From: a virus
IMG/VR virus record: IMGVR_UViG_3300044946_000048
Coordinates: 24,620-88,619 of that record
Direction: 5' to 3' (one strand)
Length of the DNA stretch: 64,000 nucleotides
The notes under the pieces: model-generated
The model's input: only the letters and a program-made list of their open reading frames with translations
What the model was told of the DNA's origin: nothing
Databases searched by the model: none
Shown here: positions 5,551-14,604 of the stretch, in pieces
Position numbering within the stretch: position 1 is the first letter of the stretch
Layout of the letters: every line of letters begins with the position of its first letter
Position numbers and translations under genes: made by a program

Positions 5551-5579
5551 ATTCTCTCACAACTTCGAAAACTTGTCAA
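5551..5579 (-). promoter_or_regulatory. sigma70-type promoter of the tRNA/ncRNA array
   Basis: TTGACA-17 bp-GAGAAT with upstream AAAAATAG, just ahead of tRNA-His. Confidence 0.75.
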
Positions 5580-5660
5580 GCACTATTTTTAACTTTCTTT
5601 AGTCGGTTGTATAGATGCTTGGGCGACTCGTCGTTACTGTTACGATAACGATGCCCTTCA

Positions 5661-5879
5661 TTAGAGTTTCGCCAAAACTACCTTAACTCGGGTTGCTACT
5701 GCTGTGTATGCGGCCTTTGCATCGGCTGACAACTTACTGCCTACTGCACTGGCTTCAGCTTCGACGGCTGCTACTTCTGCCGCGACGGCTGTCTTAACCG
5801 TGCTTCCTGCCGTGTAGTGCTTGTAGACACCGTACCCGAAACCACCGACTGCTACTGCGGCTGCTAATTCTAAAATCAT
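5661..5879 (-). CDS. small membrane-anchored Ala-rich protein
   Basis: AGGAAGG precedes the ATG at 5879; N-terminal hydrophobic stretch. Confidence 0.65.
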   Translation of the reverse strand: MILELAAAVAVGGFGYGVYKHYTAGSTVKTAVAAEVAAVEAEASAVGSKLSADAKAAYTAVATRVKVVLAKL

Positions 5880-5924
5880 GATAACCTTCCTTTGGAAACT
5901 TGTCAAGTACTATTTTCAACTTTC

Positions 5925-6116
5925 TTAAGCCGGGCAGTCCGTCTTAGGAATCGTTAGCGGATGCTCCAAAACTTTACTTGAGTCCACTAGATGATCCCAA
6001 TTCGAACCAGCCTGGTCTTTCGCTGACTTCCGTACCGTTCCCTCGACGCACTCTGCTTCCTTTACTGTCTGCTTCGGAATAGGTGCTCGTCCTGGGTATC
6101 CTTCGTAATCACTCAT
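5925..6116 (-). CDS. hypothetical protein
   Basis: Start (MSDYEG...) overlaps the end of the upstream ORF. Confidence 0.55.
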   Translation of the reverse strand: MSDYEGYPGRAPIPKQTVKEAECVEGTVRKSAKDQAGSNWDHLVDSSKVLEHPLTIPKTDCPA

Positions 6117-6630
6117 GGAACCATTTCCTTGTGTCAAAGCCTATCTGCTTAAAGGCTTCGATCACAGACTGCTTAAACTCTTCGAACTCTTCTCTAGAAA
6201 CAGGTCCTGCTCTCAATCCCTGCCGCTCTTCCTGTTCTGCTCTCAAGGTCTCGTAAAGTTCGTTAAGCTGCTCTTGAGGGCTCGTCTCAGGCTGTTTCAA
6301 ATCTGCTGGCATGTCCTCGAAGCAACAATGCGCCTGGGACAAAAGAATCTTCGCGACGTTTGCCGCGCTCGGAACCGCTACCACTGGCATTCCCGTCTTC
6401 TCGTTATACCCGAACATCGGATTCGTGACAACTGGTAAAGGATTGTTCATCACATCCGGATCGACCATCAACCCCTTCTCAGCAAGAGCCTTGGTTACTT
6501 CGGGATTCTGAGCAACTTCCTGAATTAGGGACAAACTCTTATCCAATACTTCCTCGGCGGCAACTTCGGCCTGCGTCTGAGCGAACGCCGGGGTTGGTGC
6601 TACCCGGTTGACAATCTTATACTCTGACAT
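6109..6630 (-). CDS. hypothetical protein
   Basis: 173-aa ORF, first gene of the leftward unit. Confidence 0.75.
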   Translation of the reverse strand: MSEYKIVNRVAPTPAFAQTQAEVAAEEVLDKSLSLIQEVAQNPEVTKALAEKGLMVDPDVMNNPLPVVTNPMFGYNEKTGMPVVAVPSAANVAKILLSQAHCCFEDMPADLKQPETSPQEQLNELYETLRAEQEERQGLRAGPVSREEFEEFKQSVIEAFKQIGFDTRKWFHE

Positions 6631-7265
6631 GTCTCAATCCGATACGTCTCACTGAGAATCCAGCGGGAGGCGTGAGACGGCCTCATGAGACAAAATGCTG
6701 GTCTCAGACCCGATAATCTGCTAAGTCCTTTGTTTTCAACAACATAATATCAGAGTACCTGATACGTGTATGCTTCGCAATCGAAAGCCCGGTCGCGGAC
6801 CCGCCTGGGGGCGACCTGCCCCCGCCAAGTTACTGAAAAGAATGCTTTTAGCGTTAGCATCCCCGTAACTTCAACTTTTTCAATCACTTAACTTAAACTC
6901 TTTCGTTTCAATCACTTGGGTTTTCAAGAGCAATTCGCTGGCCATTTCAGCCTTGTTGCAAACTCGTTGCAAAGATTGCCTAACTTGTTTGCTTTCAATC
7001 ACTTAGGATTTCTGCGTATAGTAAGTAACTATACGCGGTTCAGGCGCACGAACCACTATTTCAGGCTGCAAATCGTCTAAACCCTTTGTTTTCAACGAAA
7101 ATCGTTGTTTTTATTTCTGTTTTGACAGAAATGACTGAAATTTCTGTAATAATTGTTGGCACGCTGATTGCCGGACGCCCCGATGAGACGACCTCTGTCT
7201 CACCATTTTGTAAGTCGTTGAAACCATTAGTCTCAATCGCTAATCTCAATCTGAGACAATCTCAT
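6631..7265. repeat. repeat-rich noncoding region at the strand switch
   Basis: TTTCAATCACTT at 6878, 6906 and 6993; CCTTTGTTTTCAAC at 6727 and 7083; GTCTCA/TGAGAC clusters at 6631-6707 and 7183-7265. Confidence 0.75.
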
Positions 7266-7319
7266 GCGAATTCGACCTCGGTCAAAAATGACATTCGGGC
7301 GCTATACACTAGCCTGTCA

Positions 7320-7346
7320 TAAGATGCGTGTATACCCTCGCCATTT
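7320..7346 (-). promoter_or_regulatory. phage-specific regulatory motif, leftward copy
   Basis: AAATGGCGAGGGTATACACGCATCTTA matches the copies at 13273, 13814 and 37217. Confidence 0.65.
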
Positions 7347-7644
7347 ATCAATCCAAAGCGTTCGAGGTGTTGCCATGGCAACATCAGGTCCCTTATATAA
7401 TGTACTAAGTGATGTAACATGACTCCGAGCCACGGCAACATCGAAGCGTTGACGTTGCGTTGACGCGGGATTATCACCAAAACTCCGTGTACGTACACGG
7501 CAACACGAGTGACATTAGACGTGTACGTACTACCTATATCCATCGATATAAAGGAATTAAAACCTCATGTCAACACAACGTCAACTATCACGTCAACAGC
7601 CTAGTTTTCTAAATCGCTGCTCATACGTTATAAGCAGAAATGTG

Positions 7645-7672
7645 TTGACACGGAGCGTTGACGCGATATAAT
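7645..7672 (+). promoter_or_regulatory. sigma70-type promoter
   Basis: TTGACA-16 bp-TATAAT ahead of the GIY-YIG gene. Confidence 0.7.
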
Positions 7673-7693
7673 ACCTCAGGTCAGAGGAGACTT

Positions 7694-8029
7694 ATGAATA
7701 CATTCGAACTAACTAGAGAACAGCTTGAGCGACCAGGAGCATACATATTTTGGCTTGGAACAGTCTGCCAATATGTAGGTCAGGGAAAGAACTGCATTTC
7801 TCGGGCAACAGGATCAGGGCATCATGTGAAGCAAGTTCCAGGCTTCACATATGATAGAATCGAGTTTCGTTTTACCGAGACAAGGGAGAAAGCATTGGAG
7901 TTAGAAACAGAGCTAATTCAAATGCTAAGTCCTGTGTTTAATAAGACTTATCACCCACCTGGATTCGCAACGCCATTGTGGAGCAGGCAACATGGTGTGA
8001 AAGTACCAAAATACATTGAGAAGCAGTAG
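7694..8029 (+). CDS. GIY-YIG nuclease
   Basis: GAY...YVGQG...R...E..LI....P.FN motif; GAGGAG ribosome-binding site. Confidence 0.8.
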   Translation: MNTFELTREQLERPGAYIFWLGTVCQYVGQGKNCISRATGSGHHVKQVPGFTYDRIEFRFTETREKALELETELIQMLSPVFNKTYHPPGFATPLWSRQHGVKVPKYIEKQ

Positions 8030-8046
8030 TACCAAAGTTTAGCCTG

Positions 8047-8084
8047 AAGTACTATTGCACTCAAACTCGACTTCAGGTATTATG
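8047..8084 (+). promoter_or_regulatory. repeated early-promoter-like motif
   Basis: AAGTACTATTG-N5-AAACTCGACTTCAGGTATTATG, repeated at 9161; 17-bp spacer ahead of TATTAT. Confidence 0.65.
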
Positions 8085-8092
8085 TTCATATC

Positions 8093-8269
8093 ATGAAAGA
8101 CCAAACAAACACCGAGCGCATCATCACCCCGATTCGCATCCTAACCCAGGCTGAAGTTGATGCCTTGCTCCTCGACGCCAAGGCTAATGACTTTGACAGC
8201 GACGAAGACCGATATTCCACATCCGACCTAGCACGCTACCGGGCAATCGAAGCCAGAAAGTGCGTATAG
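8093..8269 (+). CDS. small hypothetical protein (58 aa)
   Basis: Open frame MKDQTNTERIITP... right after the promoter motif. Confidence 0.55.
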   Translation: MKDQTNTERIITPIRILTQAEVDALLLDAKANDFDSDEDRYSTSDLARYRAIEARKCV

Positions 8270-8284
8270 TAATTATACTCGATT

Positions 8285-8321
8285 ATACGTTAAGGATACG
8301 TTAAGGATACGTTAAGGATAC
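8285..8321. repeat. tandem repeat (ATACGTTAAGG)x3
   Basis: Three perfect 11-bp units plus ATAC in intergenic DNA. Confidence 0.9.
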
Positions 8322-8554
8322 TCTAATGGACACTAGACACGGTCTCAGGAATCTGATAATCTTAGTTGCGTTCAAGCTTCTAATGACTGCATGCCTGCTC
8401 AGGCAGAAAGGTTGGCTATAATGGACATCTTGATGCACTTCGTTGCTTGGTTCACGGTCCTCGCTGGACTTGTGAGGTACACAGAGCGTAAGATGCGAGT
8501 AATCCTAGTCGTGCTATACCTCATAGGGTCATTCATTGCCTACAGCGGTGGACT

Positions 8555-8779
8555 TTGAGACTTTGGACCATTCGTGCTTGGATACGAGACGTAAAGCGAG
8601 ACTGCGTGTATGCAGCCGAATGTAAGTTCATATCAGACGCTGAGACCGTCGAAGAGGCATATCAGGCAGCCTATAGCTATGGATTCGCCTGTCTGCGTAA
8701 GCTCCACGACAAGGATATCGTCGCGAATGCTCAATTAAGTGTCAGACTGTCATCCGTATTGATTCAAAAGGGAGAATAA
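8555..8779 (+). CDS. hypothetical protein
   Basis: ORF in a tightly packed run of small genes. Confidence 0.5.
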   Translation: MRLWTIRAWIRDVKRDCVYAAECKFISDAETVEEAYQAAYSYGFACLRKLHDKDIVANAQLSVRLSSVLIQKGE

Positions 8780-8780
8780 A

Positions 8781-8981
8781 ATGAACATTCTACGTATATC
8801 GATTATCGCACTCTTCATCATCGCATTCTATTTCGTTGTGATTGCAGTTCCGAGCGGCGTGTCACGCAAGCCAGAGCCCGTATATTCCAAGGGCAAATGG
8901 TATTGTCCGGCAGGCTATCAGGTGACAGCAGGCGAGAACGATTTAGTCCAAGGCAAGGACTTTACGCAATGTTCAAAGTAA
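8781..8981 (+). CDS. small membrane-anchored protein
   Basis: GGGAG ribosome-binding site; N-terminal hydrophobic helix. Confidence 0.6.
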   Translation: MNILRISIIALFIIAFYFVVIAVPSGVSRKPEPVYSKGKWYCPAGYQVTAGENDLVQGKDFTQCSK

Positions 8982-9160
8982 AAGCGCCGTTTACTATCAA
9001 ATGGGAATACGGACCTCATAGGCCGTGCAAAGCATTGAGGCCTTATAAGCTATTCAATTGGTGCGTGCTAGGCTTTCTGTTCGATGCTGCGGGCAATGTG
9101 ATTAAGAGCTATATTTGGTGGAAAGGTGAAGTACATTAGTACTAGTCAAAAATGAACCGG

Positions 9161-9198
9161 AAGTACTATTGGTTTTAAACTCGACTTCAGGTATTATG
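9161..9198 (+). promoter_or_regulatory. repeated early-promoter-like motif, second copy
   Basis: Near-identical to 8047-8084. Confidence 0.65.
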
Positions 9199-9244
9199 AG
9201 TACATCAAATCAAGAGCCCCTAAGGGGCAGAAAAGAGAAACAAA

Positions 9245-9749
9245 ATGAATCGCAAGCACGAACCCATGAGCAACGAAGCAATTCAACAGATTGCCCCATC
9301 GGCGTTCGCTGGACAGGCGCACGATACCCGTTCAGAGCGTTATTCCTTCGTGCCAACGTCCGTGATTATCGATGGCATGCGGGAACACGGTTTCGTCCCC
9401 GTATATGCCTCGCAGTCTATTTCCCGCGTCCCTGGCAAGCAGTATTTCACCAAGCATCAAATCCGCTTCCAGGCTATCAATAACCCTGTGATGAACCTAG
9501 GCGACGTTACAGCCGAAGTCATCCTGACGAATTCCATGGATGGCACGAGTCGCTATGAATTGTCCTGCGAATCGCGTACAAGAGAACACCCTGCAAGGCG
9601 GCTTCCGCTATAAGACGGAGACTGTCCCAGGCGATGCGAGCACGACACGCCGTGCACGTACTCGTGAAGTCAAGGGCATCGATCAATCCACGAAACTCAA
9701 CCGTGCGCTGTTCTCTCTCGCACAGAAAATGGCGGAACTGAAGAGGTAA
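9245..9749 (+). pseudogene. DUF932/DUF945-family gene with internal deletion and frameshift
   Basis: N-terminal family motifs (RSERYSFVPT, FTKH, NSMDGTS) in one frame join the C-terminal motifs (NRVQEN, GID..KLNRALF) in another frame near 9565. Confidence 0.75.
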
Positions 9750-9819
9750 CTGCCAGAGGCTCTATCAAGGGCTCGTGCTAGCACAGACGAGCCCTTCAAT
9801 AGACTCTCAGGAGAAAACG

Positions 9820-10071
9820 ATGTACATTATATTCCATAACTCGACACGCGGCGGGCTGTACACAATCAGGCTTCAAATGACAGGTGACAGCGACCCGTTT
9901 CCGGGCTCGTTCTCGATTGTCGAGACGAAGTACGGACGGGAAACGAGTTATGCAAACCTCGGACAGAAGCCCGCATGCGATGCCGTGAACGAATACAATA
10001 AGCGCATCGATGATTATGCCAAGTACGACGGTATTTTCTTCGTCAAGAAATTAATAACGAATACAATCTAA
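9820..10071 (+). CDS. hypothetical protein
   Basis: AGGAG ribosome-binding site ahead of MYIIFHN. Confidence 0.6.
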   Translation: MYIIFHNSTRGGLYTIRLQMTGDSDPFPGSFSIVETKYGRETSYANLGQKPACDAVNEYNKRIDDYAKYDGIFFVKKLITNTI

Positions 10072-10080
10072 GCGGAGGAT

Positions 10081-10275
10081 ATGATGGCAAAGCCACACGG
10101 CAAGGTATTACTAGGCAAGGAAGGCGGACGAGACACGCAGCACTGGTACAATTTTATTGAGAGCAAGCGTGCCATCCTTCGCAGCAAGCGATGGGACGGC
10201 GGATGCCCGCAATCTAGGCCAGGCGTTAGCTACACGATAGCGAAGTCTACTCTACTAGAGGAGAAAAAGCCATGA
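10081..10275 (+). CDS. hypothetical protein
   Basis: GGAGG ribosome-binding site. Confidence 0.55.
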   Translation: MMAKPHGKVLLGKEGGRDTQHWYNFIESKRAILRSKRWDGGCPQSRPGVSYTIAKSTLLEEKKP

Positions 10276-11780
10276 GCGATACTCAGGTATTGCTCGCCGT
10301 CATCGCCGGGCTCTTATCAATAATTATCTGGAAGCTGTCTCAAATCCACGAGACCTTGAGGACGCCATGACAGGCGCACAGATTAAGGCTCTAGCCTTTA
10401 CTCGTGAGAAGCGAGTCAATCAGACGAGTCCTGCAACACGCCTCAAGGTCGCTCGAAAGAATGCCAGGCTCAAGCTACGTGCGATTGAAAAGCGATTCGT
10501 GCTCAGGCAGAAGAGCCGCACGTATACAGCGAGGGTACAGTGAAGAGATTCGACAAGGCAATAGAAGCACGTAGACGGGCTCGCAACGAAGCACAGAAGC
10601 CCAATGCCGTGCGAGTTATCCCGGATAAGCGTATGAGGCCACCTAAGCATAGAAAGCCTCTACACGAGCCCATTCCGGATGCCACAGGGTACCCGTACTA
10701 AAGTACCATTGCGTTTCTTTGGGCTATATGAGAGCATGAGTTTGCAACTGAAGAGGCATGATTCTCGACAAATGCAACCGCTGACCCACGGGATACAAAA
10801 TGCCGCAGACACGGCAGAGGGTCACCTTAGTTAGATGTTCTCAGGGCGTACCGGACCAGAGCCGTAAACAGTCGGTCAAATGTCGCAGGCGCGGGAAGAA
10901 CATCTAACGGAGGTTATTATGTACCACATTGTATGGCGGGAAACAAACGGTCGCATCATACACGTCGGGCTCACGGAATACACCAAGGCATCCGATGCCG
11001 ACGAAGCGGCCCGCACCTTGTACGCTTGTCGCAATGTGAATTGCCTTATCACGGTGGAATTATTCCTATGGGAAATGACATGACACTAGAGCAGGCATTA
11101 GCCGAGCATTTGAGTGTAACGTTCTTCAGCATCACCACGCAAGAGCCTCTCAGGCTCCAACATATAGCACTGGCACAAGCGAACGGCTGCACCGTGCATG
11201 AGTTTACAGAGACCTTTGCGTGTGAATGCGCATTGAACGTCTTAGCTATCGGGCCACGCAAGAATGAAGGCCGTATTGCTAATGCCATGAAGGAACTGAA
11301 GGGACTGAAGGGACTGAAAGGGTAAACCTTGATCCTTATCATCCTAGTGCCTGTTATCCTAGGCACACTGTGCATACTTGATTTTATCTTTCATCCATAC
11401 GCGCCACGGAGGAATGATGCCGAAAGACAAAAGCCTCAAACCAGAGACTGATCACGACGGGAATCTGATTGACCCATGTCACTTCTTTGGTATGAAAGGA
11501 TTCGAGGATTGCCTAGAAGGGCTCGCATGGTATGCCCGTCGAGAGAACAGTGGCACTAAACAATATTTTGATGCGTGTTACAACTGTGCGAGGAAACCGT
11601 ACCCTGAGAAAAATCTCGAAAACTAAAATCAGATTTCGCATAATACCTTATAGTTTTCGGGGTAAAATTTTATCGGATCGATTTCTCCCAGGCCAGCTTC
11701 CCGAAGTATTCGATTTTTCTCCTCCGGGAAAGGACAAAAGTTTTCGTTAGCGGATAGTTAACGAAAGGATAGGTGAAAAG

Positions 11781-12053
11781 ATGAAAGAGAAGAAAGCAAT
11801 TGAGATTAAATTGGTCTTGATTGAGGATGCAAAAATATTACAAAAAATCTACACGCATGAGTGTGACCGTCCGGCTCAGGATATCATTGTCGAGCCTAGC
11901 GGTCTCGTGCCAGAGATTTACACCCCGGGCCGCAAGTGCGGGCACGGCGTATACATCCCTGCAAACTCCCAGGACCCGGGTCGTGCGGAATTCTGTACGC
12001 TCTGCAATCCTTACCTCATCCTGGCTAAAAAGAATGCTGCATTCGTGGCCTAA
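11781..12053 (+). CDS. hypothetical protein with Cys/His cluster
   Basis: AGGTG ribosome-binding site; CGHG...CTLC. Confidence 0.55.
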   Translation: MKEKKAIEIKLVLIEDAKILQKIYTHECDRPAQDIIVEPSGLVPEIYTPGRKCGHGVYIPANSQDPGRAEFCTLCNPYLILAKKNAAFVA

Positions 12054-12054
12054 C

Positions 12055-12351
12055 ATGATTGCCTCCGAGTGTTTCTATTGCGGACGCACCATCTTTCGAA
12101 GGGAGTATCTAGAACCAAAGTTAAAAGGTGTCTCTAAATCGAGGATGGCTACCAGGGATCATGTGATACCGAAATCCCGAGGCGGAGGGCAACTGCACAA
12201 CAATACGGTGGACGCATGCAATAAGTGTAACATGGAGAAAGGCTGTCTGACAGGCGAGGAATTTATGGCAGTCCTCGCCTACAGAGCAGGCCACAAAGAA
12301 TTGTTCAAGTTGTGGTATGCTAAATTCAGAGAGGAGAAGAACAGTGTCTAA
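12055..12351 (+). CDS. HNH endonuclease
   Basis: CFYCG...TRDHVIPKSRGG...N...ACNKCN..KG. Confidence 0.85.
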   Translation: MIASECFYCGRTIFRREYLEPKLKGVSKSRMATRDHVIPKSRGGGQLHNNTVDACNKCNMEKGCLTGEEFMAVLAYRAGHKELFKLWYAKFREEKNSV

Positions 12352-12510
12352 GACAGTCAGGAATTATTGCACGCAAGGAAAGCGTGCGCACGAGAAAAAC
12401 AAGTTGTTCAAGATTCGCATTGAGGATCGTAGGAACCGAGCGACCGAGCGACACATTCAGTATATCGTTAGGCACTTCGATTCTTCGATGTTTTCAAAAC
12501 GGGAGGAAAC

Positions 12511-12777
12511 ATGATTATAAATCTATTCGGTGGACACGTTGTACACGCAGCAGAAATTTTGATAAATGGCGATTGGGCGCGACTCGACCCCGAAAAATTG
12601 GGGCAGCCAGGCTTTCTAGACTTTCTAATGGATCGTATGGAAGCATACCGAATCCTAGATGAGCACGGAACTGTAATGAAGCATTCAGCCGAACCGTGCA
12701 AACTGTGCCACGGCGAAATCAGAGGTTGCCCGCAAGGCGAGTACTGCACTAACCCCTTGTGCAATTACGCTTACTAG
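12511..12777 (+). CDS. hypothetical Cys-rich protein
   Basis: GGAGG ribosome-binding site; C-terminal Cys cluster. Confidence 0.6.
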   Translation: MIINLFGGHVVHAAEILINGDWARLDPEKLGQPGFLDFLMDRMEAYRILDEHGTVMKHSAEPCKLCHGEIRGCPQGEYCTNPLCNYAY

Positions 12778-12928
12778 GACACGGCCATGCTTATAATCTT
12801 GGATTGGCTCTTTCGAAACGTAGTCGAGAAAGGATGGCACTACGAGAGTCTGCGATATTTAGAGCGGGATCGTCATGCACGTTCGATTGACCCGAGTTAT
12901 CACGAAGTTGACAGAAGCGAGGCGAAAA

Positions 12929-13279
12929 ATGTTAAACACCAAGACCCGCATCACCCGCATTATGGTGCTAGGCATCTTGACATGTACATTACAGAGCCCC
13001 GTAAACGCAGGGCCAGGGCAATCCCAACCTGACGCTAAGAGGCAGGCAGCGATACGTCAAGCGCTTGTGGCACACGGTTTCGAAGCGGGTAAGACTTGGG
13101 CTCAAACCCAGGATATCATGCGGGAAATCGCACGCAAACACGGTTGGCAGACGCATTACAGCCCGGATGCCCGCGTGCTAGGTTGCGAACTGCATTTGGG
13201 CAACCCAAAGTTCGATCCTGAGGTATGCACGGCAGGACACAATCACCTCGACGGAGCACAGCGCAAAGCCTCAAAATAG
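12929..13279 (+). CDS. exported protein with peptidoglycan-binding-like domain
   Basis: Signal peptide then IRQAL..HGF...W..TQ..M...HGWQT...PDAR.L...LG pattern. Confidence 0.5.
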   Translation: MLNTKTRITRIMVLGILTCTLQSPVNAGPGQSQPDAKRQAAIRQALVAHGFEAGKTWAQTQDIMREIARKHGWQTHYSPDARVLGCELHLGNPKFDPEVCTAGHNHLDGAQRKASK

Positions 13280-13300
13280 CGAGGGTATACAGGCATCTTA
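13273..13300 (+). promoter_or_regulatory. phage-specific regulatory motif
   Basis: AAAATAGCGAGGGTATACAGGCATCTTA, just ahead of a gene start. Confidence 0.7.
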
Positions 13301-13310
13301 TGACACCACA

Positions 13311-13721
13311 ATGCAGACAGAAAAGCAGCGGGAGCGGATGTATAGGATTCCGTTCAACATAGGCGTTAAGGAGTGGGAAATTATAGCTGCGTATCAAGGG
13401 AACGTTTGCGCATGTTGTGGACAACGTTCAGTAGGACGTAGACTTAGTACGGACCATAGTCATGAGGACGGATTACTCCGAGGACTGCTTTGTCAACGCT
13501 GCAATGCCCTTCTAGGCAAAATTGAAAACGCATTCAAGAGATACGGTTTGCATAAGGTACCAGGCTTCACCGTAGTCCTTCTTTTAAAAGCACTGCATTT
13601 CTATCTCAAGACACCTCCAGCCGTCGCGGCTCTAGGTAAAGAAGTGTACGGCTACCCTGGTCGAATCGGCACAGAAGCCTATCGTAAATGGGTAAGGAAG
13701 AAATTAGAAGACAGAACATGA
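13311..13721 (+). CDS. endonuclease VII-like protein
   Basis: Q...CACCG...LSTDHSH..G.LRGLLCQRCN..LG. Confidence 0.85.
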   Translation: MQTEKQRERMYRIPFNIGVKEWEIIAAYQGNVCACCGQRSVGRRLSTDHSHEDGLLRGLLCQRCNALLGKIENAFKRYGLHKVPGFTVVLLLKALHFYLKTPPAVAALGKEVYGYPGRIGTEAYRKWVRKKLEDRT

Positions 13722-13813
13722 CGACTCTCGAAACCATCTGTTTCAGATTTTATACGCAAATTGTAATTTTCTGAAAAGATTACTTACGCCATCTGAAAAT
13801 GGACGACAGGAAG

Positions 13814-13840
13814 AAAATAGCGAGGGTATAGACGCCCTCT
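13814..13840 (+). promoter_or_regulatory. phage-specific regulatory motif
   Basis: AAAATAGCGAGGGTATAGACGCCCTCT, intergenic. Confidence 0.7.
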
Positions 13841-13856
13841 GATGTAAGGTAAACAC

Positions 13857-14588
13857 ATGACAACCCTCGAAAAATATCTCGCCTGGTTTAAAGCGCACGA
13901 ACGCCTGCTCCTGTTCCTCGCCGCCAGTCTTCTCGTGGTTATGCTCTACCATATGAAGAACAATTCTGACTTCAAACACGATCAGGTACAGGCGCAGATA
14001 GCAACGACAGAGGCCGCAGCCGCGTCACAGAAGTTCACCAGCGACCAGGCTACGAATGCAGCACTAGTCCAGCAGTTGGCAACGATGCAGACAACGTTCG
14101 CCACACAGGTTGCGTCCCTACAGGCGCAGATAGCAGCAACGAACAAGCAGACACAGCAACAGAAGACCGTTGACGCAAGCATGACAGATGTACAGCTTGC
14201 GCAACGATGGGCTGCGCTCATTCAGGTTAAGCCCGAGGAAGTTACGATAGCTAATGTCCCATTGACTCTACAAATTTCGGACAATGCGTCACACATTACC
14301 GTCGCCAAGTTGGAGGACGGAGCAGCATGCAGTACGAATCTAATGGTAACACAATCTGAACTAGCAGCGGCTAATACGCTGAATTCAAAACAGAATGCAG
14401 TTATTACCAGTAATGCGGCGACAATCGTTGACGGAGCCGCAGCATTACAGACAGAAAAGAAAAGCCATGCTGATGACGTTGTATTGCTTAAGAAGCAGAA
14501 CAGGAAAAGCTTCTGGCACGGCGTTAAGGTCGGCGTAGGCGTAGTTGTAGGGGTTATAGGCGGTATTGCATTGGCATCGCACGTTTAA
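13857..14588 (+). CDS. coiled-coil membrane protein, spanin-like architecture
   Basis: Hydrophobic segments at both termini with an Ala/Gln-rich helical middle; the function is an inference. Confidence 0.55.
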   Translation: MTTLEKYLAWFKAHERLLLFLAASLLVVMLYHMKNNSDFKHDQVQAQIATTEAAAASQKFTSDQATNAALVQQLATMQTTFATQVASLQAQIAATNKQTQQQKTVDASMTDVQLAQRWAALIQVKPEEVTIANVPLTLQISDNASHITVAKLEDGAACSTNLMVTQSELAAANTLNSKQNAVITSNAATIVDGAAALQTEKKSHADDVVLLKKQNRKSFWHGVKVGVGVVVGVIGGIALASHV

Positions 14589-14604
14589 TCTCACAAGGAT
14601 CACT

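Noticed and set aside
5878-5906. Second leftward TTGACA-17 bp-TATCAT promoter
   Set aside because: Its -10 box overlaps the start codon of the gene it would drive; it may be real but its target is unclear.
6631-8321. CRISPR array
   Set aside because: Repeats are only 6-14 bp, irregularly spaced or directly tandem, with no spacer periodicity; the PD-(D/E)XK nuclease sits in a recombination operon.
10748-10775. Hammerhead ribozyme core CUGAAGA
   Set aside because: No proper stem II, GACA in place of GAAA, and no stems I and III.
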